From Octopus sinensis (lineage: Eukaryota), in NCBI RefSeq assembly GCF_006345805.1, contig NC_043010.1:24180001-24244000 (forward strand): DNA of 64,000 nucleotides. The letters are read 5' to 3'. This document shows positions 52,954 through 64,000 of this stretch, piece by piece; the first letter of the stretch is position 1; every line of letters begins with the position of its first letter. The notes under the pieces were generated by a model that did not search any database, had not been told where the DNA came from, and was given only the letters and a program-made list of their open reading frames with translations. The position numbers were made by a program, and so were the translations under genes.

Positions 52954-55281
52954 TATTTCATAACATTTGCCATAAAGGGAGTACATAGAGTAAGTTAGCT
53001 TTGCGGCTGGACGAGGACATTAATGAAATGAATGATAATGAAAAAAGATGATGGGGATGGGAGAAGACAAAAGCGCCCCGCCGACTTCTGCTTCTCTAAA
53101 ACATTGTTCTTTTAAAAACAACCAAAAACGAGGTATTAAACCTCTTACAATTTTACAACTTTTCAATTTTTGGACTTAACAGTCGATTACTAACAACAAC
53201 ATAGTTCAATAGTTACATATGATATAAATACAATACACAAAGCCCCTCCTCCCAGACCTGGCTTACACTTCCCTTAGGAATGCGCCAGTCGTATCACAAT
53301 TTATGACTCGTCCTCAAAATAACTTGTGCCCGCACCCTCCGCCATCCACCACGCCTCCCTCAGAATGTAATCGAGTTCTGTGTTAGCGTTGCCCGGGACC
53401 AAGCTATAATCCTCATTGAGCTCCTTCAGCCCAAGCATCACGTCGAACTTCACGGCCTCCACAGCTACCTGCGGAGGCCATTCGGGGTCCTGTGTGAAGG
53501 CTAAAGGTGCTCCCTTGTGGTGCTTTTCCGTCACCTTTTCAATCTCTCCGCCTCTATGGAAGAGGATCAATATATCGTTTTTGTTCGGGTGCGGGATATT
53601 CAATTCTTTCGTTGGCGGCACAGTTCCCGCCAACGGTGTTTCTTCTCCTGTCGGTGGCAAAACCTCGACCGACGTAGTTCCGGGACATTCCGGTACTATG
53701 TCACCGACTGCTGGTAATGTCCCGTTTCTCTTCCTCTTTTTCTTTTTTTTCTTTTCAACTGAGGGAGGGTGCGTCTCCTCCGTGGCTGGAAGATTCGCCT
53801 TTCCCTCCTCATCCCTAGTATCCTTTGGTGAGCACCCATTGTTGCTCACGTTCCTCTTTCGGCCTCTGTTTGAGGAGTCCTCCGCTTTCTCGGCCGTTTT
53901 CATTTAACTGTTCCGGGATCCTATTTTGTTCCCGGGGACAGTTCTTCTTTATATGGCCGGACTCCAAGCACCGATGACACTTAGGGGGGCGACCCTCAAG
54001 CATTACCGGGTACCTGCACCCGCCCATTTTCAAAAAATCTGGAAGAACCAGATTGGCTGATTGGGTCCAAAGGGTCAAAATTGCTTTTGACCCAACCCAA
54101 GCAGCCGCAGGAAAAACTTTCACATTAAGCAGCTTAGTTTCGCTGCTACCCAGACCCCGGCGGATAGTCTCCTCTATCCACTCGGGTTTTATCCCGGGTG
54201 GCAGCCCGCAGATCCAAGCTTTCGTCAGTCTCTTTTTTTGGTACGTGGGCAGGAATAAAATTTCCTTACCCTCCAGGGGTTTACTAGCAATTTGCAAGCC
54301 TCTTCAGGGTGTCAAATAGCAACCCACGTTGCATATCTAACACCCCTGGAAATGAATTTAATTGTTGGCAAATACTCTGCCAACCCCTTTTCAATTGCTG
54401 TCTTTTCGAATAGGGCGATGGTGTCGAGTGCCTTGGAGTAGGTTCTCAACACCACCGTCCTATCTTCACGGTCTTTTAACCACTTTTTAGGCGGTATAAT
54501 CTCCCATTCCAAAATTTTGTCATTTTTCATTGCCATGTTTTTTTTTTTAAATATATTCAAAATAAACTTAAAAAGCGAGAAGAAAAAAAGTTCAAAAGTC
54601 CAAATAAAATTCGATAGATTTTTTGAAAAAACAAAAAGGAGAAAGCACAACAGAAGGGAAGAAATCAACGGAAAGTCGCAATAAACAAAAAAACAAAAAG
54701 GGGAGTTAAATGAAGTTCAAAAGATAGTCAATAAACAGCAAAACACAGCAAAAATCTTCTGGCCTTACGGTACTCCGGCTTGAGTTGAACCTGGAACGCC
54801 GCAACTGGAACACAACCTCCACAAAAATTGGTCCAAAAGGTAATTCAAAAGTGGCTTATTCTTATAATTTTCTTGCGAGATACTCCGACAAAGGAATCAA
54901 TTTTTCGGCCGAAAAGGTACTCCTGGCTGCCCAATGGTAAAATAAATTCAACAAAACCAACCACAGCACTGGCCACCGCCAACGGTAATTTTAACAGTAA
55001 CTGTATTGGGTTCCGAGGATACGCCCCTCCACTTTTTTTTTTTTTTTTTTCAATAAACACAAAAACAGCAGCCGCCGAGAGCAGGTGAAATTGTCCCAGA
55101 GCTGGACACAACCTACTGAAAAAATAATTAGCACGTAATAAATTATGCCCAACTCACAACAAACAAAATCACTCACCTCGACTACTTTCTGTTTTTGGTC
55201 TTTTTTCTGTAATTGGACGGAGCTAGCTAACTCACGTCCATTCTGGGTCAACAGGAAGCAACTGACTAACAGCGCATGTGC
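52954..55281 (-). mobile_element. ORF1-only (HAL1-like) non-LTR element E1, 2328 bp
   Basis: Flanked by 15-bp direct repeats. Long 5' UTR, L1/Tx1-type ORF1, ~350-bp 3' UTR ending ...CTTTATGGCAAATGTTATGAAATAAA. No APE or RT sequence seen. Confidence 0.82.
53301..54536 (-). pseudogene. L1/Tx1-type ORF1 (RRM-like region, CCHC knuckle, C-terminal extension)
   Basis: DRTVVLRTY...FISRGVRYATW, WICGLPPGIKPEWIEE, EGRPPKCHRCLESGHIKKNC (CX2CX4HX4C). Frameshifts near 54300 and 53905. Confidence 0.85.
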
Positions 55282-55296
55282 GTTAGCAAGCTACTT

Positions 55297-56361
55297 TATT
55301 TTATCAGATTTGCCATAAAGGCAGTACACAGATGGGACACTACAACACATGTGGGGACATATAACAATTAAAAAATAAAATATGATATAATGGATGAACA
55401 TGAAAATGCACATGAAGAATAAATTAAAATATGATAATATCAATGATATCTGAAAATGATATTATGAAAAGTGTGCTACTCACCCCACATTGAGTAACAC
55501 AACTCGCTGTCTCTGGGTCCTGAGTCCTTTTTCTCTTTTCGTTCAATCCCGTTACTTGATGGTAACCTTCTCTCCGTCATGCATTCATAACCTTTTTTGC
55601 CGGGAGGGGGGGTCTTCTAAATTTTGTGATGTCTGTTCTTTTTTTCTTTTTTTTCTTGAGGGGAAATGGGGTGGGTGGGTTTGGTGTCTGTATGGGGAGG
55701 GTGAGTCTGAGTGGTCTTGGGTGGGAAGGGGTTGGACTGGGGTGCCACATCATACTCAGTGTCTTTTCTTTTTTTCTCTTTCTTCTTGTGCGCTCTGCAA
55801 CTTTCCATTCCTCCTTTTCATCGCTTCCTTCGTCTATTTTTTCTTTTTCCTCTTTTTTCTCTTCTGTCTCCGTAACCACATTGCCTCTTCAGCTGTCCTA
55901 AATTGGACAATCATTGTTCCGTATCTTTTTCCTTTTGTGATGTATGTGTTTTCTTTTGACCTCTCTCTTAGCGCTCTTTCTGTATCTGCTTCCACCTGTT
56001 CAGCCCTTTTTCCTTTTAAAGGGAACACCTTTTAGGTGATAGTCTTTCTTTCTATCTTCTCCATGATTCCTTTGGGGGGCGACAGTCTTGCGTCCCCTCC
56101 CACGTTCTGTGGCATCTTGCCATGGTTTTTCAAACCAGCCAAGTCCAACTCCTTTCGTCTCTTCTCCATGACTTCTGCAAAACTCTTGTTCTTTTCAAGC
56201 ATACTGTCCATTGCTATGACCGCCCTCACGAGCTCCTCCTCTGAAGACAACTCAGACCCGGTAAGGTCTGAGTACATTGTCTCACCGCAGCAACAAAACC
56301 GACGTCCGACTCGCACACAAACGATAAACCAAATGCACTATGGGTAACCGGAAGCAAGCTG
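55297..56361 (-). mobile_element. Related deleted element E2, 1065 bp
   Basis: ORF remnant ERKTIT*KVF...YITKGKRYGTMIVQFRTAEEA, homologous to the E1 N-terminus. 3' 36 nt are 31/36 identical to E1; flanked by GTTAGCAAGCTACTT. Confidence 0.78.
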
Positions 56362-56400
56362 GTTAGCAAGCTACTTACCACACAGTCACTCCTGCGCCTA
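56362..56400 (-). mobile_element. Displaced 5' head of the split SINE A
   Basis: Sense TAGGCGCAGGAGTGACTGTGTGGTAAGTAGCTTGCTAAC matches intact heads at 3797-3828 and 41325. Confidence 0.9.
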
Positions 56401-56439
56401 TTCTTATCATTATTATCCTCATCATTATTATTATTATTA

Positions 56440-57035
56440 AGATGGCGAGCTAGCAGAATCGTTAGCACGCTGGACAAATACTTAGCGACATTACAATCTG
56501 TGTTCCAATTCCGTCGAGGTCGACTTTACCGCTTATCCTTTTGGGGGTCATGAGATTTAGTAATAGTCAAGCACTGGGCTCGATGAAATGGACGACAACC
56601 TTCCCACGAAATTTCAGGAATTGTTCCAATTGTAGGAAGGATTTTTTTTAATGGCTTGCTGGCAGAAGTAGTAGCGCGTCGGGCAAAAACGTTTTCACGT
56701 TCTGAGTTCAAATTTCGCGGAGTTCGACTTTGCGCTTCATATTTTCGAGGTCGATCAAATAAGTACCAATCGAGTACTGGAATCGATGTAATCGATTTCC
56801 CCTCTCCTCGAAAATGCTGGCCTTGTGCCAAAATTTGAAACCATTATTTAACGTAGCGAGCTTATAGAATCGTTAGCCCACCGGACAAGGTAATAACAGG
56901 AAATTTCGTCCGTGTTTGCGTTCTGAGTTTAAATTACTCCGCAGCTGAATTAAATACCAATCAAATACTCGGGTTGATGTAATCGATTCAATCCCTTCCT
57001 TGAAAACTGCTTCCGCTGTGCCAAAATTTGAAGCC
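56440..57035 (+). mobile_element. Three tandem SINE family B monomers
   Basis: Heads at ~56440, 56652 and 56853; the last two end ...GTGCCAAAATTTGAA(A/G)CCATTATT. Confidence 0.82.
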
Positions 57036-57537
57036 ATTATTGTGGCTGTGGTTTTCCTTGAAGCTGTTTTTGTTGTTGTCAATAGACTCGACGTTTTTTT
57101 GCAGTGTGGTAACCGCACTCGTTCTTTAGTCTGGTTCCTCTGAAATTGACGCTGTTGCTATTGTTGTTATGCAGCCTCATATCAACTCTGACCGAGCAGA
57201 CCTAACCCCACAATAGTAGCTGACCTAACAACTAGGCCTAACAACTATCGCTTCGAATGTACATTTGCTTTTATTTATCCGAAAGCTCTACGGCACAAGC
57301 TGTATATTTGTTCCAGACCCGAGGATTATCAGTTAAATCACCTTTAAAATGCATCGTATTACCTACAAAGAAATGGATCAAAACATCCAATGAGAGTAGC
57401 TGCTATTACTCTAACTTCAGATCAAATAATCAAAGTGTTCCATCCATGAACATCCCAACTTACTTTGAGACAATATAGCCAGTAACATATTATTCAATGT
57501 GTCTCTCCCGTTTCAAAGACGTTAATATTTGCTTTGG

Positions 57538-57855
57538 AGGAGGCGCTTTAATTAATGCGAGTATTCGAGTCCCAATGTTAAGGCATGGAGTTCGAATCCC
57601 GGTGGTACGCTGTGTCCTTTAACAAGACACTTTATTTCCCGTTGCTCCAGTCCACTCAGCTGGAAAAAAATGTGTTGTACCTGCAATTCAAAGAGCCACA
57701 TTTATCACACTCCACATCACACAGAACATCTCTGAGAACTACGTTAAGAGCACTCATGTCTGTAGAATGCTCAGCTACCTACGTGTTAATTTCACGAGCA
57801 GGCTGCTGCGTTGATCAGATAAACTGGATTATTCGTCGTCGTAACCGATGGAGAG
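57538..57855 (+). mobile_element. SINE family C
   Basis: GGAGGCGC head, GAGTTCGAATCCC B box, AACAAGACACTTTATTTCCCGTTGCTCCAGTCCACTCAGCTGG, tail CGTAACCGATGGAG. Confidence 0.8.
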
Positions 57856-58910
57856 TCAAGCTTTTAACGTGTGGATGGAGCAGAATTTGGTTGCTATTTC
57901 TAGCAGCTGCAGGGACAACGTAGTTGCTCCTCCCTTGACTCGACTAAGATATTATTATGCTCTTAATGACGTCTCCTTCGTAGCATATCATAATTAATAG
58001 CTCATTTCAATTAAATTTTAACTTGGAGAAACACTTCGCCTTCTTTGAAGAGAAAGTTATAAATCTACTCAACTACTAATAGTTTTCAAAGTTAATTAAT
58101 AGTTAAGTGGTGCAGACGAATGATTTGTTTTGTCTGAAATTATCTTTAGATCTGTTTTCAAATTATCTTCTTTCTCTTTCGGCGTTAATCAATCTACATT
58201 GCGGCAACTGCTGTACAGCAACGCAGCAACTAAACTACTGCACAGCTGAACCGAGTTGGCGGCTCCGTTTCGCTTTCTGCTTCAGACTGTTTTTATTCGC
58301 CATAGTAAAGTAAATGGATCTCCGTCAGTCTTGACGATCAGTGTTCAGCTGTTGGATCGACTAAACGATAAATACTCATCGAATTACCGGGTACGATATC
58401 TCTGGACTGCGTATACCGAAGTCAACGTGTATCTTTCATATGACCCTCAAGGAGGATCAGTGTATCACAGGAAGATAGCGTGACGAGGATAAGCTGCTGA
58501 AGGGCATTGCATGCACAATACATCCGACAAGCTTCCGCATCGTTTCCATCAATCCAGCTTTATTGGATAGACCTGAAGGCTTGTGCACGAGCCTTAATTC
58601 TAATAATGCAGCCTTCAGGTTTTGCATTGAAGAAATGGCCATGTCCTATTCTTGCTGATTGCTCTTCCTTCTTTATATGACTCGCTCCTTTTCGAATATA
58701 TATTACTTTATTACTTCTCCGTTTATAAAGACTGCTGACTCATATATAATGGCTCACTTTAGGTTTCCCATCAATTGCTATTTCATTATTGTTCGTGCAA
58801 AAATCTGCTTAACGAGCTCTCTAACCCGGTCTGTCTATGAGCCGGTTGCTGGTTTATGAGTCCTATTAAACGCGATTGTGCTGATCACAAATTTGTGATC
58901 TGTGTAACCG

Positions 58911-58978
<68 letters not shown>

Positions 58979-59190
58979 CATGATCATCATCATCATCATC
59001 ATGCAGATGATGATGATGGCGATGATGGTGGTGGGGATGATGATAAAAGTAACATGATATTTCTAATAATAATGATGAGGGAGAAGTGGAGGATAAGGGG
59101 ATAATGAGATGATAATAAAATAATAACTGATTTCTTACACTTGGTACAATGCATCACTATATGACGCTCAATAGCGTATGTGCGTGTGTG

Positions 59191-59293
<103 letters not shown>

Positions 59294-59423
59294 GTAGATA
59301 GACAGACAGACAGACAGATAGATAGATAAATAAATAGATGCATACATACATAGATACATACATACACACAGGTATATGTATGTATGTACGTATATATAAA
59401 TTCACTCACACAAGTATATATAA

Positions 59424-59468
<45 letters not shown>

Positions 59469-59499
59469 TACGCACACAATATATATATATATAGAGAGA

Positions 59500-59506
59500 G
59501 AGATAG

Positions 59507-59548
<42 letters not shown>

Positions 59549-59572
59549 TAGATAGATAGATAGATAGATAGT

Positions 59573-59668
<96 letters not shown>

Positions 59669-59675
59669 CAGACAG
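59500..59675. repeat. (GATA)n microsatellite
   Basis: Direct inspection. Confidence 0.95.
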
Positions 59676-60124
59676 ACGCACACTCACACACATATATATG
59701 TATATAAGCATGTATGTATGTACGTATATGTATATACGTATATATAAATATACACACACCTATATATATATATATATATATATACATAGTCTTCTTAACA
59801 CTTCTATAGACAAAGGTAAATCTTCAAACTAAAATCGGTTTACATCTCTGATCTTATATTTTATCCATCGATACACAGTAGGTTTGGCAGAAATATCGTT
59901 TTCTTTTGTCTAACCTTAAGGTCAATATTTCTGCAACGATCGTTGCCCGGTGATAGATGATTACTAAAAAAGTAAAACACCCAATTATTACTTGTTTTCC
60001 TTTCATCAACCCTGAAAGTGAAAAGAAGACAATTAATCCCAGCAGTATTTGAAGTCGGAACATAAAAGCTTACTGTAAAGTATTTGGTCTGCTGCTCTAG
60101 TTTACGATTTCTTCGACATTAATG

Positions 60125-60167
<43 letters not shown>

Positions 60168-60183
60168 GTGTGTGTGTGTGTGT

Positions 60184-60220
<37 letters not shown>

Positions 60221-60273
60221 TGTATATGTATATGTATGTATATATATATGTATATATATGTATATATATACAT

Positions 60274-60384
<111 letters not shown>

Positions 60385-61342
60385 GTTCAACTTGTACAAG
60401 TGAAAGTTAGACAATGCCTTCGAAGTTTATTAAACGTTGTCTACTAAAAGTAATGAGTAATCCTTCAAGTTAACGTTAAATTGGTTTTATGAATAGAAAA
60501 GCTGACATAAAAATATAACATTGATATATGTGTGTGCATATGTACGTATGTATATACGTATATGTTTATGTATGTGTGTATGGGAATAGTATGTGTATAT
60601 ACCATCAATACTATAATGCAGAAGTCCGCTTGGGAATCAGTTTGAATTATGTAACTTTTACTAAAAGAAATTATGAAAGATTTGACAGTTTTGAGACATT
60701 TTATAAATTTCCAATTTAATATATTTTTATCAAAATGCGGTTGACGTTTTTTTCATTATTGAATATTATTTATTTATTGTGCTGCGTCGTTTCACGTCTG
60801 CTTATACTTCTGGAAATATAAATATTACCCAAATACTTACAGCGCTATTTTCTACAAATAGTAAGGTTAATCCGATCTTAAACAAATTATGTAGATTCCA
60901 GTACACTTTGATATTTGTTAGCAATGTTCATGACATAGAAAGCCGAATAAAAAAAACATTCTTTAATTTTCGTACGTGAATTGGGCATAATTACTCAAGT
61001 GTCTAATTTTGTTTCTTCATAATATTTAGAAAAATCGGTATTTTTTAATGGAATTTTCAACGAATATTTTTCAGATAGTGTAGAAACCGATTATGCAGGA
61101 ATCTAATGTCAAAAAATTGTGACGCCGATATTTCTCACATCTCAACTTGTTTTTTCTCATACATTTTGATGAATTCTTTACAATTATGTGAAAAAAGGAA
61201 AAAAAAAACTTTTGGACCATTTCCCGAATGTTCTCTGAAATAATTCCTCATGAAAAGGAAAATGCAATTCTAACACTAATTATTGACTAATATTTCTTTC
61301 ATTATTTTATCGCAATCTTAATCTCTATCTATCTATTTATCA

Positions 61343-61421
<79 letters not shown>

Positions 61422-62494
61422 GATCTATCTATTTATATATCTATTTATCTAGCTATCGATTTATCTATCTATCTATCAATCTACCTATCTATTTATCTTC
61501 CTATCTATCTCTCGATTTATCTCTCTATCTACCTAGCTATTTATCTATCAGTCTATCTATATGTCTGTCTTTCTTTATATATCTTTATTTATCTATCTAT
61601 CTTTCTCTCTCTCTCTCTCTCTCTCAAACTAATTGAAAGCTACTCTATTCCCCTGTGAGGCTGTTTAGTTTGAAAAAATAGAGATAATATGAATCTCAAA
61701 AGTAATTTCTTTGGCAGAATAGTAATTAAATTTTAATAGCCATGCAGCAACAAAGTCAAGATGCTTGAAATACCCGTCATCCCTCCATTTTTCCGCATAT
61801 TGTTCCGATATAATTGTAATTTAAATCATCTGAAAAGTATTCGCATAGAATATCATTAAAAAATACTCATTTTTTTCTAAAATTTATGAAAACGCCTCTC
61901 CTGAAACGATGTTCAGCACAAATTCCGATATAATCCTAATCTACACCGCCTGAAACATATATGGAAAACATTTTCATTAATAATCTCCATTTTACAGAAA
62001 GTTATGAGGAAACAAATCGCTGGGCCATATTTCTGTAATTACGTCTCAAAATTATTGTGCGAATGAGTATATTAAACGAATAAAGGATTCAAATGAGAAA
62101 TAATTCGTAACATGTCGGAAAAATTACCCACATTGTTAATCAAATTATTTAGCAAAAAATCGCACGGAAGGATGTCTTTACACTTGTTAAAAAATGTGGG
62201 GATGATGAAAGCACATATGAAAAAATACAAAATAAAATACAAACACTGAACGCAGGCATGTTTACACCTTCGTCAGCTTTAGACCAAATATCAGAGAAAC
62301 GAGACATCCTTAAGCGTTCAGAATAATTTTTCCATTGTCTTGACTTAACAGCCCTCATCGTTTGCTTTTACTGTTTTGTTCTTATTGTTCTGTCTTTTAC
62401 TGTTTTTACTCTTTTACTGTTTTTACTATTTTGTTCTCACTGTACTGTTCTTGTTACCACTTTTACCCTCCGGAAAAAATTCCTAATTTCATTT

Positions 62495-62725
62495 AATTTG
62501 CTTTGCGGAAGGACTGTTTCAACGAAGTGGCGTTTTGTCCTTACCTTCGCAACGCGGAGTATGTGAAACAGGGACAACTGAAGAAGGGGATTATTATTTA
62601 TGTTGTATGTCTCGTTTTTCTGGGTTTTTTTCGTTGTTTGAAAAGAAAGTTCGTTTCTATGTTCTTGTTTTTATGTTTTCGTTTCTCATTGGGTTCAAGG
62701 TTTTTTTATGTCCTGTACCCATATA
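62495..62725 (+). repeat. Single arm homologous to the 10739-11043 palindrome, with extra sequence
   Basis: CAGGGACAACTGAAGAAGGGGA...TTTTATGTTTTCGTTTCTC...GTCCTGTACCCATA parallels 10895-11043. Confidence 0.75.
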
Positions 62726-62802
62726 TGCATGTATATATACATGTATATGTAGGTATGTACATATATGTATGTATATATATACATATATTTATATATTATT
62801 TA

Positions 62803-62881
<79 letters not shown>

Positions 62882-62959
62882 ATGATAATATAAATAATTA
62901 TATATATGCATATATACATACGTATATGTACGTACTTACATGTATACGTATATATATGT

Positions 62960-63195
62960 GCATATGTGGGAACAGGGCGTCCGAAACGTGTACAACAAAA
63001 AAAAAGATATATGATTACATGGAATATAAACTATTTTTTCGAACAACGAAAGACAGAAATGGAAAACAAGACAAAGAACACAAGAAAACGATCCCTCATC
63101 AGTTGTGGTGTCGAACGCGTAAATCAAGCTTGGACAGGAGACAGACAGGAACACGTCTTCATTGATCCAGCTACAACGGAGAGAAAGAAACACAC
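62960..63195 (-). repeat. Diverged relative of the same repeat in opposite orientation
   Basis: ATGTGGGAACAGGGCG...CGAACAACGAAAG...CAAGACAAAG...CCCTCATCAGTTG parallels 10741-10885. Confidence 0.55.
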
Positions 63196-63228
63196 AGACA
63201 GACAGACACACACACACGTATATGTATA

Positions 63229-63274
<46 letters not shown>

Positions 63275-63874
63275 GTTTGTATATAGAAAGCGATTATCCC
63301 AAAATGATTACCGATTTGCTCTCAGTTAGGTAGTCAAAGTATGTTGTTCAACAGCTAACATATAAATCCAGTAAAGTACTTATAAGACAAGAAATTAGAG
63401 GAATATTCGGTTGGATAATTCTGAATATATTTCCTTAGCCATATAGGTTTCCTGGAGTATAAATATTAATAATATATACCGCCTTACATAGACCAACACG
63501 TGTTTCAATAATATATATATATAAACATAAACTTCATATAATCAAAATAGCCTTGGCCTGACGAGTAACCTTCGGTATACACCTCGCTTGGTCATGTAGC
63601 AGTTCCGAGGTTCCGCTCGTTATAATATATATGTAGCTCTGATCTTCTCTACTCAATTTTTTAATTCTTGTATTCTTATTCGCATACCTGACAACCCAGG
63701 CTGACTGCCGTGAAATATATAAAAAAAATAATTTCAGCTTAACGTTCTTCGATAAGAAAAGTCCACAACCTTCCGCCTCAGTAAACCACTATTGTTGCTG
63801 AAAGTTCTTTTTCATAATTTTTACGGATTGCTTGAAGCTAACTTTCTTCCTACACCTCGATCTTTGGATCATAC

Positions 63875-63912
<38 letters not shown>

Positions 63913-63915
<3 letters not shown>

Positions 63916-64000
63916 CGTGATCACCGTGACCGACCAGGCTATCAGATGTTGCTACACATCGCTGGTCACAATGCGCTTCGCATTGTTTTAGCCTTCAAAT
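63913..64000. repeat. Probable end of an interspersed repeat running out of the window
   Basis: Abrupt start after (TA)n with TCACCGTGA twice; recalled only from memory as a common cephalopod repeat. Confidence 0.3.

Noticed and set aside
56440-57035. Repeat-spacer pattern resembling CRISPR
   Set aside because: Units are ~190-bp diverged SINE copies in a eukaryotic context, with no cas genes.
58200-58650. Balanced-GC stretch with short ORFs
   Set aside because: Stops in all frames and no recognisable domain; probably very old TE debris but unassignable.
62510-62590. Permuted hammerhead (GCAACGCGG ... CTGAAGA)
   Set aside because: No GAAA or NUH, and no consistent stems.

Overview
AT-rich, microsatellite-laden animal genomic DNA with one 100-N gap. 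The SINE families look like those of octopod cephalopods; that assignment is inference from memory, with no database search. I recognise no host exon, rRNA, tRNA gene or CRISPR array. The window is a nest of decayed mobile elements: a Helitron Rep-helicase remnant, two CR1/L2-group LINEs (one with CCCH zinc fingers in ORF1), an IR/DR Tc1 (DD34E), a DD37D Tc1/mariner, two Penelope-like elements, an R4/Dong-like RLE LINE, Tx1/L1 and RTE fragments, three to four tRNA-derived SINE families, MITE-like palindromes and a ~494-bp tandem array. Three observations stand out. (1) Two related ORF1-only (HAL1-like) retroelements sit in tandem at the same site in the tRNA head of one SINE, with three copies of a 15-bp target (52939, 55282, 56362), suggesting a SINE-targeting non-autonomous Tx1-type system. 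(2) There are several type I hammerhead ribozyme motifs: two with a complete canonical core (18193-18278, 27964-28012), and a non-coding direct-repeat unit with hammerheads 452 nt apart, which is retrozyme-like. (3) A hairpin-rich ~490-bp element occurs as a dispersed monomer and as a 3.65-copy array whose ends fall at hairpins.
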